Of a stretch of DNA of 64,000 bases, positions 9,487-17,597 are shown piece by piece. The stretch's first letter is position 1. The number at the start of each line of letters is the position of its first letter. The notes under the pieces are model-generated. The model was not told the origin of the DNA and did not search any database. It was given only the letters and a program-made list of their open reading frames with translations. Both the position numbers and the translations under genes were made by a program. The stretch is from the NCBI RefSeq assembly GCF_000737315.1, contig NZ_JMCB01000002.1:558001-622000 (forward strand), in the 5' to 3' direction. Source of the stretch: Hyalangium minutum. Lineage in GTDB: Bacteria; Myxococcota; Myxococcia; Myxococcales; Myxococcaceae.

Positions 9487-9873
9487 TCAACGGTAGATCG
9501 CGTGACACATACCAATGCATGCGGTCTTGGAACCGTGGGTGGCGGCCCAGCAAAGGGCTTGTCGTCGGGGGCTCTTCAGCCGCCTGCAGAAGTTCGCAAG
9601 CACTTCACCTCCCGCTTCACATGCATCCAAGCACTCACCCTTTCCAGTGGTGGCATCTTGGTCTTCGGGGGAGGAGGGTTCCAGCGGCGTCTGCTCTGGA
9701 GGGCAGCCCTCGGGATTCAGGGCACAGAAGCTTCCAGGACGACGGTCATACCCGTCGTGGAGGGCTCGAGGCACCCCGGTCCTTTGGACTCCTGTGCAGG
9801 CCAGCAGGCACGTTAGAAGTGCCCACCCACCGCGCGACACCACCGGAGAATCATTTCGTAGGCAGCGAGGCAT
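9487..9873 (-). CDS. Small Cys-rich putative lipoprotein
   Basis: WALLTCLLAC lipobox-like segment; C-terminal CLDAC..FC..LC..AC..MC module. The true start may be the downstream GTG. Confidence 0.55.
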   Translation of the reverse strand: MPRCLRNDSPVVSRGGWALLTCLLACTGVQRTGVPRALHDGYDRRPGSFCALNPEGCPPEQTPLEPSSPEDQDATTGKGECLDACEAGGEVLANFCRRLKSPRRQALCWAATHGSKTACIGMCHAIYR

Positions 9874-9950
9874 TCACACTGCTCCGGTAGGTCAATACGT
9901 CCCACCGTAGCTCCAGGGTAGCGGCCGAGCAATGCAACCAGCGCGAGTTC

Positions 9951-10739
9951 TTGATCGACTGGATGCGAGCGTGTGGCACACTGCGCGGCGCTATTCGACT
10001 CCTGTTCTCCATCGTCTTTTGGACGTTCTTCGCCGTCTCGAGCCTCGTGTTCTTCCTCGGGGCCGTGGTGGTGTGGGCCGTCACGACGCCGTTCGACCGG
10101 AACGGGCGGGTTTTGCACCTGTACTCGTGCTTCTGGGCCCAGCTGTACATGTACGTGAACCCGCTCTGGCGCCAGCGCGTCGAGGGCCGGGAGCGGCTCC
10201 CATGGAAGGGCCCCGCTGTCCTCGTCTCCAACCACGAGTCGATGGGCGACATCCTCGTCCTCTTCGGCCTCTACCGCCCCTTCAAGTGGGTCTCCAAGGC
10301 CTCCAACTTCAAGCTCCCCTTCATCGGTTGGAACATGGCGCTCAACGGCTACGTGCCCCTCGTGCGCGGCGACCGCGAGAGCGTCGGCCGAATGATGGTC
10401 CATTGCGAGAAGTGGCTCGAGCGCGGCGTCCCCATCCTCATGTTCCCCGAGGGCACCCGCTCCCCCGATGGGAACATCAAGGCCTTCAAGGACGGCGCCT
10501 TCCAGCTCGCCATCAAGATGAAGTGTCCCGTCATCCCCGTGGTCCTCACCGGCACCGCCAAGACGCTGCCCAAGCACGGCCTCGTGCTGCAGACCACCGC
10601 CAACTGCCACGTGCAGGTCCTGCCCCCGGTGGACCCCGCTCCCTTCAACGGCGACGTGCAGGCCCTCCGGGAGCACGTGCGCAACCTCATGGTCTCGGAG
10701 AAGGCCCGCATCGAGGCTCTCCCGGCCTCTGCCCGCTGA
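9951..10739 (+). CDS. plsC: 1-acyl-sn-glycerol-3-phosphate acyltransferase (PlsC family)
   Basis: NHESMGD (NHx4D) and FPEGTRS motifs; N-terminal TM helix. Confidence 0.9.
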   Translation: MIDWMRACGTLRGAIRLLFSIVFWTFFAVSSLVFFLGAVVVWAVTTPFDRNGRVLHLYSCFWAQLYMYVNPLWRQRVEGRERLPWKGPAVLVSNHESMGDILVLFGLYRPFKWVSKASNFKLPFIGWNMALNGYVPLVRGDRESVGRMMVHCEKWLERGVPILMFPEGTRSPDGNIKAFKDGAFQLAIKMKCPVIPVVLTGTAKTLPKHGLVLQTTANCHVQVLPPVDPAPFNGDVQALREHVRNLMVSEKARIEALPASAR

Positions 10740-10754
10740 AGCTCAGGTACAGAC

Positions 10755-11744
10755 ATGACTCCTCGAATCGGATCGCTCTGGGACGCGGTCGGGAATACCC
10801 CGCTGCTTCGAATCGGCTCGCTGTCCCGGCTCACTGGCTGTGACATCCTCGGCAAGGCCGAGTTCATGAACCCCGGTGGCTCCATCAAGGACCGCGCTGC
10901 CAAGGGCATCATCCGTCGCGCCGAGCAGGAGGGAAAGCTCGCCCCCGGCGGCACCATCGTCGAGGGCACTGCAGGCAACACCGGCATCGGCCTGGGGCTG
11001 CTCGGGCGCGAGCGCGGCTACCGCGTCGTCGTCACCATGCCGGACAACCAGGCCCGCGAGAAGTACGAGTACCTCGAGGCCATGGGTGTCGAGGTCCGCA
11101 AGGTGCCCGCTGTCCCGTTCTCCAACCCGAACCACTTCTTCCACTCCGCCCGCGCGCTCTCGGAGCAGCACGGCTGGTTCTGGGCCAACCAGTTCGAGAA
11201 CACCGCCAACGGGGACTTCCACTACGAGACCACGGGCCCCGAGCTCTGGGAGCAGTGCGAGGGCAAGCTGGATGTGCTCGTCATCTCGGTGGGCAGCGGC
11301 GGCACCGCTTCCGGTGTCACCCGCTACCTCAAGGAGAAGCACCCCGCACTGCGCGTGGTGATGGTGGACCCCCACGGCTCTGGCCTCTACTGCTTTGTGC
11401 GCGAGGGGAAGATGGAGGGCTCGGGAAGCTCCATCACCGAGGGCATCGGCATCATGCGGCTCACGGAGAACTTCCGCCACGCCCGCGTGGACGAGGCCAT
11501 GCGCCTGTCAGACCAGGACATGCTCGACATGCTCTACCACCTGGCCCGCGAGGATGCGCTGGTGGTGGGGACCTCGGCGGCCATCAACGTGCGCGCCGCT
11601 TATGAGGTGGCTCGCCAGCACCAGGGCCAGGGGCTGCGCATCGCCACCTTCCTGTGCGACCACGGCAGCCGCTACGCCTCCAAGGTCTTCAACCCCGAGT
11701 TCCTCGCCTCGAAGCAGCTCACCGTGAATCCCTTGCCGCGCTGA
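10755..11744 (+). CDS. cysK: Cysteine synthase (PLP-dependent O-acetylserine sulfhydrylase)
   Basis: GNTPL, NPGGSIKDR (PLP lysine), GTAGNTG, NQFEN, GSGGT, EGIG. Confidence 0.9.
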   Translation: MTPRIGSLWDAVGNTPLLRIGSLSRLTGCDILGKAEFMNPGGSIKDRAAKGIIRRAEQEGKLAPGGTIVEGTAGNTGIGLGLLGRERGYRVVVTMPDNQAREKYEYLEAMGVEVRKVPAVPFSNPNHFFHSARALSEQHGWFWANQFENTANGDFHYETTGPELWEQCEGKLDVLVISVGSGGTASGVTRYLKEKHPALRVVMVDPHGSGLYCFVREGKMEGSGSSITEGIGIMRLTENFRHARVDEAMRLSDQDMLDMLYHLAREDALVVGTSAAINVRAAYEVARQHQGQGLRIATFLCDHGSRYASKVFNPEFLASKQLTVNPLPR

Positions 11745-11746
11745 CC

Positions 11747-12433
11747 TCAGTAGTACGTGGAGATGTCCGCGTCCTCCAGGTAGCGCTTGCGCACCGCCAC
11801 CTTGCTCTTCTTCGAGGAGATGACGGTGTTCTTGTCCGTCTTCGGGTTGTACTCGCGCTGCTCGGTGACCTTCGCGCCGGTGAGCAGGTTGGTGCTCTCC
11901 ACCGTCGAGGTGCCCGCTCCCCGGTCCGCGTGCTCGACGTCCTCGCCGATGAACACGAACTTGCGCTCCTTCGGGTCGTAGCGGAAGCGCAGCACCGTGT
12001 GCACCATCTCGCGCGAGCCGCTCATCTGATCGACGATGAGCACGCCCTTCTCGATCCTCGTCACGCCGCCCAGGCCCGTGCCCAGCGTCCCCTGGCAGGT
12101 GGTGCAGTAGAGGACCTTGTTCGAGGCGCCCGCGCGGCGCAGCTTGCCCCCGTCCTCCGAGAGCAGGGCCACCAGCGCGCGGGAGCGCTCCGTGAACTCC
12201 CCCCCCGTGGCCTTCTTGGGATCCTCCTCGACCAGCTCGAGGACCACGTCCTCCTTGCCGTTCTTGTCCAGGTCCCCCTTCGTCGTGGCGTCGATCTTCC
12301 AGCCGGCGGGGACGAAGTCCTGCTCGGCCTTGCCCTCTTGAGGCACCTTGGAGAGGTCGAGGGGCGCGGGCTGAGCCCAGGCGGGCAGGGAGAGGCAGAG
12401 CAGCAGGCCAACGGTGAGCGGTGTCTTTTTCAT
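11747..12433 (-). CDS. Secreted hypothetical protein with an FG-GAP-like motif
   Basis: MKKTPLTVGLLLCLSLPAWA signal peptide from ATG 12433; KGDLDKNGKEDVVL motif; CxxC. Confidence 0.7.
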   Translation of the reverse strand: MKKTPLTVGLLLCLSLPAWAQPAPLDLSKVPQEGKAEQDFVPAGWKIDATTKGDLDKNGKEDVVLELVEEDPKKATGGEFTERSRALVALLSEDGGKLRRAGASNKVLYCTTCQGTLGTGLGGVTRIEKGVLIVDQMSGSREMVHTVLRFRYDPKERKFVFIGEDVEHADRGAGTSTVESTNLLTGAKVTEQREYNPKTDKNTVISSKKSKVAVRKRYLEDADISTYY

Positions 12434-12563
12434 GCGCGGGAGCTTGCCGTCCGGCCGAGGCTTCCGCCAGCTGTCGCTCATGCGACGAAGCACAGCGTGT
12501 GGAGGAGAGCACAGAGGCGAAGGCGCTGGTGATCTCCGGAGCTTGTTGGTCTCCTCCTCGCTC

Positions 12564-13031
12564 ATGCCCTTCACGCTCACCGTCAACGGCAAAGCCCATG
12601 TCATCGACGCAGAGGAGGACACCCCGCTCCTCTATGTGCTCCGCGATGAGCTGGGGCTGAATGGCGCCAAATACGGCTGCGGTGTGGGCCAGTGCGGCGC
12701 GTGCACGGTGCTGCGAGACGGGGCTCCGCTGCGCTCTTGCTTCGTTCCGGCCTCGTCTCTGGGAGGGCAGGCCATCACCACACTGGAGGGGCTGCGTGCA
12801 CCCAATGGCACGCTGCATCCTCTTCAGCAGGCGTTCCTCTCCGAGCAGGCAGGGCAGTGTGCCTACTGCATCCCAGGCATGATCATGGCTGCGGCCGCGC
12901 TCCTGCGGGAGAAGCCCCGTCCCACCGAGGCGGAGATCCGCACCGCGCTGGATGCCAACCTGTGCCGGTGCGGCTCGCACAATCGCATCGTGCGCGCCGT
13001 GCAGCGCGCTGCCGAGGAGCTGGCCCGATGA
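12564..13031 (+). CDS. (2Fe-2S)-binding small subunit of a xanthine/isoquinoline oxidoreductase (IorA/CoxS family)
   Basis: KYGCGVGQCGACTV and QCAYCIPG...NLCRC motifs; stop overlaps the next start (ATGA). Confidence 0.92.
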   Translation: MPFTLTVNGKAHVIDAEEDTPLLYVLRDELGLNGAKYGCGVGQCGACTVLRDGAPLRSCFVPASSLGGQAITTLEGLRAPNGTLHPLQQAFLSEQAGQCAYCIPGMIMAAAALLREKPRPTEAEIRTALDANLCRCGSHNRIVRAVQRAAEELAR

Positions 13032-15229
13032 GCGTACGCTTCGGACGCCGATCGTTCCTGCAAGGCTCGCTCGTGCTGGCCTTCTCCCTCGCCAGTTCAG
13101 AGGTCTTCGGCCAGAAGCCGGAGGCTTCGAAGCTCCCCAGGGACCTGGAGAAGAACCGCCAGCTCGATGCGTGGATCCGCATCGGCTCGGACGGCAAGGT
13201 CACGCTCAAGACGGGCAAGGTGGAGCTCGGCCAGGGCATTCTTACCGCCTTCGCCCAGCTCTGTGCCGATGAGCTCGACATCGAGCTGTCCCGGCTGGAG
13301 ATCATCTCCGGCAACACCGTCCTCTGTCCCAACCAAGGAGCAACGGCCGGCAGCATGTCCATGCCCGAAGGAGGCAAGGCCGTGCGCGCCGCCGCCGCAG
13401 AGGTTCGCTCCATCCTGGTCTCCATGGCCAGCGAGCACCTGCGCGTCCCGGCGTCCAAGCTGCGGGTGCAGGATGGGACCCTCACGGATCCTTCCAGCAA
13501 GCGCACCGTCACCTACTGGAGCCTCACGGGGGGCAAGGAGCTGAGACGCGAGGCGACGGGCTCTGTCGCTCCCAAGCCCGCCTCCGCTCGGCGCTACTCC
13601 GGCCGCTCGATCCCCCGCAGAGACTTGCCTCCCAAGATCACCGGCGAGGCCATCTTCGTGCACGATCTCCGGCCCGGCTCGCTGGTGCATGGCCGCGTGG
13701 TCCGTGCTCCCTCGTATGGTGCGACGCTCATCGAGGTGGACACCTCTGCCGTGGAGCGGATGCCCGGCGTCGTGAAAGTGGTGCGCGAGGGCAGCTTCCT
13801 CGCCGTCGTCGCAGCCAAGGAGTGGCAGGCCATCCGCGCCGCCGCGAGTCTCGCCCGCGCCGCCCGGTGGCGAGAGCAGGCCGCGCTGCCCGTGGATCCC
13901 TATGCGTGGTTGCTGACGCAGCCCACGCAGGATCTGCCCATCCACACCATCGCGCGCCCGGCGGAGACTGCTCCGGTCCGCACACTGGAGGCAACCTACC
14001 GCCGGCCCTACCAGATGCACGGAGCCATGGGCCCATCGTGCGCCGTGGCCGAGTGGAACGGTGACGTCCTCACCGTTCACACCCACAGCCAGACCGTCTT
14101 TGAGACCACCGAGGCCATCGCGAAGATGCTCGGCCTGCCAAAGGAAAAGGTGCAGGGCCAGCACATGAATGGCGCGGGCTGCTACGGCCACAACGGCGCG
14201 GACGATGCCGCCGCGGATGCCGCCTTGCTCGCCCGCGCGCTGCCCGGCAAGGCCGTGCGCGTGCAGTGGTCTCGCGAGGACGAGCACGCCTGCGAGCCCT
14301 ATGGCTCGGCGATGGTGACCCGGGTTCGCGCGGGAGTGGATGAGCGCGGCCATGTGCTGCAGTGGGACTATGAGCTGTGGTCCACCTCCCACGGCACGAG
14401 GCCCGGAGGTCAGCCCGGCAATCTGCTGGCGGGCCGCTCCCTGGCGACGCCTTTCCCCATGCCTGTCCCGAAGAACGGTGGGCCTCCGAACTACGCGGCG
14501 GATCGGAACGCCATTCCGATCTACACATTCCCTGGCCAGAAGGTGACCACCCACTTCGTGACCGAGATGCCGCTGCGCGTCTCCTCTCACCGCAGCCTGG
14601 GTGCCTACGCCAACGTCTTCGCCATCGAGTCCTTCATGGATGAGCTGGCTCACGTGGCTCACGCGGACCCCATCGAGTTCCGGCTCCGTCAGCTCAAGGA
14701 CGAGCGCGCCAAGGCGGTCATCCTCAAGGCCGCGGAGCGGTTCGGCTGGTCCTCGTATGCCAAGGCGCCTCAGAGGGGGCGAGGGGTGGGCTTTGCTCGC
14801 TACAAGAACTCCGCCAGCTACTGCGCGGTGTGCCTGGAGGTCCGTGTCGATCCTCAGAGCCACGCCGTGCAGGTGGTGCGCGCCGTGCTCGCCGCCGATG
14901 CGGGCGAGGTGGTCAACCCAGATGGGCTCAGCAATCAGCTCGAGGGCGGGCTCATCCAATCCCTGAGCTGGAGCCTCAAGGAGGCCGTCCGGTACGACTC
15001 CCGCCGCATCCTCTCGCGCGACTGGGCCACCTATCCGATCCTCACCTTCTCGGAGGTGCCTCCCGTGGAGGTGGCGCTCATCGATCGTCCGGGCGAACCC
15101 TTCCTGGGCGCGGGAGAAGCCTCCCAGGGCCCCACCGCCGCGGCGCTGGCCAATGCCCTCTTCGACGCCACAGGTACGAGGGTTCGCGAGCTGCCGCTGA
15201 CACCGGAGCGCCTCGCCGCGTCACGGTGA
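13028..15229 (+). CDS. Molybdopterin-binding large subunit, IorB/xanthine oxidase family, Tat-exported
   Basis: RRSFL twin-arginine signal; GKVELGQG, GCYG, RSLGAY, NQLEGG and GAGE motifs. Confidence 0.9.
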   Translation: MSVRFGRRSFLQGSLVLAFSLASSEVFGQKPEASKLPRDLEKNRQLDAWIRIGSDGKVTLKTGKVELGQGILTAFAQLCADELDIELSRLEIISGNTVLCPNQGATAGSMSMPEGGKAVRAAAAEVRSILVSMASEHLRVPASKLRVQDGTLTDPSSKRTVTYWSLTGGKELRREATGSVAPKPASARRYSGRSIPRRDLPPKITGEAIFVHDLRPGSLVHGRVVRAPSYGATLIEVDTSAVERMPGVVKVVREGSFLAVVAAKEWQAIRAAASLARAARWREQAALPVDPYAWLLTQPTQDLPIHTIARPAETAPVRTLEATYRRPYQMHGAMGPSCAVAEWNGDVLTVHTHSQTVFETTEAIAKMLGLPKEKVQGQHMNGAGCYGHNGADDAAADAALLARALPGKAVRVQWSREDEHACEPYGSAMVTRVRAGVDERGHVLQWDYELWSTSHGTRPGGQPGNLLAGRSLATPFPMPVPKNGGPPNYAADRNAIPIYTFPGQKVTTHFVTEMPLRVSSHRSLGAYANVFAIESFMDELAHVAHADPIEFRLRQLKDERAKAVILKAAERFGWSSYAKAPQRGRGVGFARYKNSASYCAVCLEVRVDPQSHAVQVVRAVLAADAGEVVNPDGLSNQLEGGLIQSLSWSLKEAVRYDSRRILSRDWATYPILTFSEVPPVEVALIDRPGEPFLGAGEASQGPTAAALANALFDATGTRVRELPLTPERLAASR

Positions 15230-15250
15230 GCGAGAGTCGCGGCTCGGCGT

Positions 15251-15922
15251 TCAGGGGCTCGGGCAGTGGGCGCCGGTGTCGATCCAGGCCTGGATCAGCT
15301 CTCCGAACGCCTTCTGAGTTCCTGGCACGGGCTGGAGGCCCAGACCCGGTGCCCAACCCCAGGCGACCAGGATGTCCTCCGCCATGTGGTGCTGGATCTC
15401 CGCGAGACTCTTTCCGCCGTTGCGCTTCGGATCCTTGAGCTGCTCGCAGATCTGTCCCAGCGGCCTCCCCAGCCATGCCATCTCGACGGGTGCGAGGGCC
15501 CACTTCGGGTTGCCCGGGATGCTTGGAAGCGTGGCCCCCACCGTGGGCGTGGTGGCCGCTTGATGGCACGCCGTGCACGGCAGGCCCGGGGGGCCGTGGC
15601 CGCTGGCGCCTCCCGAGACTGCCGGAACATGGACGTGCTGATCCATGCCCTGCCGAGGCCGGTCATCCGGCGGGTGGCAGTTGGTGCAGCGTGGGTGGGT
15701 GATCACCCGGCCCGCCTCGCGGAACAACGCAACCGAGCGCGCCTCCATGGGCGAGATGCCGGAGAACGCCGAGACCGGCTGGAGCTCCTCGCGTCCTTCC
15801 GGTTTGCTCTCGGGGCGGGCCGCTTGGCTCTGGGAACCGGAGGACTGCGGCGCGGCCTTGCTGCAGCCCGCTCCCATCAGGATCGCGCTCCAGGTCAGGA
15901 CGGTGGCGGCGAGACCTCGCAT
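15251..15922 (-). CDS. Diheme c-type cytochrome lipoprotein (family often linked to IorAB)
   Basis: From ATG 15922: ILMGAGC lipobox and two CxxCH motifs (CTNCH, CTACH). Confidence 0.75.
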   Translation of the reverse strand: MRGLAATVLTWSAILMGAGCSKAAPQSSGSQSQAARPESKPEGREELQPVSAFSGISPMEARSVALFREAGRVITHPRCTNCHPPDDRPRQGMDQHVHVPAVSGGASGHGPPGLPCTACHQAATTPTVGATLPSIPGNPKWALAPVEMAWLGRPLGQICEQLKDPKRNGGKSLAEIQHHMAEDILVAWGWAPGLGLQPVPGTQKAFGELIQAWIDTGAHCPSP

Positions 15923-16066
15923 AGGGGCCGACGGTGGCACAGCGCCTGGAGGCCAGCCACTGCGAGCAGCCCCATGCTCCGTGCCCCGCTCCCAGGGGTG
16001 TCCATGACTGGACGAAGGCTGTTGGCGTAAGGTCCAGCGCTCCTCTGTCTCGACGAAGAGCCGTCC

Positions 16067-16417
16067 ATGCGCCTGTTGATGCTCGCTGTCCTGGCTGCCC
16101 TGTCCCTTGTGGCCTGTAACACCAAGTTCGTGGGGGAGAGCTGTTCCAACTCCAATGATGTCTGTGACTCTGTCCTCTTCTGCCGAGAGGACTTCCCCGG
16201 AGGCTTCTGCACCGAGCCCTGCAGCCCGAGGGGCGACTCTGCGGGGTGCCCGTTGGACTCCCTCTGCATCAATGAGGGGGGGCGGCTGATGTGCTCGCCC
16301 GTCTGCACGCACGACACCGACTGCCGGAGCCAGGAAGGCTACGAGTGCAGGGGAGAGAGCGGCTCGAGCGTCCGGGCCTGCCGCGTCAAGCCGCAGACCG
16401 ATGGAGGCGTTCCTTAA
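16067..16417 (+). CDS. Cys-rich lipoprotein of myxobacterial type
   Basis: LSLVAC lipobox, ten further Cys, GGFCT and DTDC motifs. Confidence 0.8.
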   Translation: MRLLMLAVLAALSLVACNTKFVGESCSNSNDVCDSVLFCREDFPGGFCTEPCSPRGDSAGCPLDSLCINEGGRLMCSPVCTHDTDCRSQEGYECRGESGSSVRACRVKPQTDGGVP

Positions 16418-17470
16418 TCAGCCCACTTGGCGCAGCGGTGCGCCGTCGCCGGACACCCGCGCGGCCACCTCGTGGATCAGCTCGTCCGTGCGCAGCGGGC
16501 CCGACACGAAAGCGTGAGCCCCCATCGCCAGCGCCCGAGCCCGGTCGTGCGCCCGGCCTGCCACCAGCAGCTGCGCGCGAATGCCATGCCGCATCACCGA
16601 CTCGATCGACTGCAGCGGCGTCAGCACCACCGCGCGCGCTCTCGCCTTCTTCACGTCCTCGGTGCGCGCCACCCGCGCCCGCAGGTCCGCTTCCTCCAGC
16701 AGCTTCAGCAGCCCCTCGGTCGCCTTGACGCCCCAGCCGTACACCCACACCTCGGGCTCGGGCTCGGGCTCCGGCTTCGGCGCGGCCTGCGGTGCCAGCA
16801 CCACGGCGGGCATCTCCCGCTCGGTGACGCGCGCGTGCGCGGGAACGTCCGTCGACAGCGGCATCAGCAGCGGCAGGCCTCCCTGCTCCAGGGTGGTGCT
16901 CGCAGAGCGGGCCTGCAGCTGCTGGCCCAGCATCAGGCACTCGGCGCGATCCGTCACCAGCGGCAGCTGCTCGTCGGCCTCGGGAAGGGCAATGGGCTCC
17001 ACCGGACGCTGCGCGCCCAGCAGGTGGGGGTAGTAGAGGCGATCAATGGCGCGCGACACGGCGGCGTCCGTCGCCACCAGTGCCACCACGCGCGCCTTGC
17101 CGGCCACGCGGGCCACTTCGTCCAGCACCGTGGGCCGAGCCGGAGCCGCCGCGGCCACCACCAGCACCGAGCCCCGAGCGCCCTCGACGCGCAGCGGAAC
17201 CACCCGGCAGGCCTCGGCCGTCTCCACCGGGAGCACGTCCGTCATGCGCTCATCCAGCGGCTCCGCGTCCAGGTCCACCACCGGCAGCGCCAGCTGCCCG
17301 GCCAGCAGCTCCAGCACCTGCTGCGAGGTGCAGAAGCGCATGTCCACCACCACCTGCCCCAGCGGCACTCCCCACTTGTAGTGGAAGCCCAGTGCTGCAC
17401 GGAGCTGGATCTCATCCACCAGCCCCGCCTTCTGAAGCAATTCACCCAGTCGCTGCTTCCGCATCGCCAC
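16418..17470 (-). CDS. MshEN/T2SSE_N domain protein with a degenerate receiver-like C-terminus
   Basis: RLGELLQKAGLVDEIQLRAAL MshEN motif, followed by a GspE-N fold; no ATPase domain; C-terminal RALAMGAHAFVSGPL resembles receiver alpha4-beta5. Confidence 0.75.
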   Translation of the reverse strand: MAMRKQRLGELLQKAGLVDEIQLRAALGFHYKWGVPLGQVVVDMRFCTSQQVLELLAGQLALPVVDLDAEPLDERMTDVLPVETAEACRVVPLRVEGARGSVLVVAAAAPARPTVLDEVARVAGKARVVALVATDAAVSRAIDRLYYPHLLGAQRPVEPIALPEADEQLPLVTDRAECLMLGQQLQARSASTTLEQGGLPLLMPLSTDVPAHARVTEREMPAVVLAPQAAPKPEPEPEPEVWVYGWGVKATEGLLKLLEEADLRARVARTEDVKKARARAVVLTPLQSIESVMRHGIRAQLLVAGRAHDRARALAMGAHAFVSGPLRTDELIHEVAARVSGDGAPLRQVG

Positions 17471-17597
17471 ACCCTTCGGTTGTGGGTCCCTGTATTTATT
17501 GTCGGAAGGTGTGGGCGAAAGTTGCCTATGTAGTGAAAGAGGATCTTTTCGCTGGGACTGCGCTGGGGCTCCCTCGGAGCCGCGCCCCGTCGTTTTT

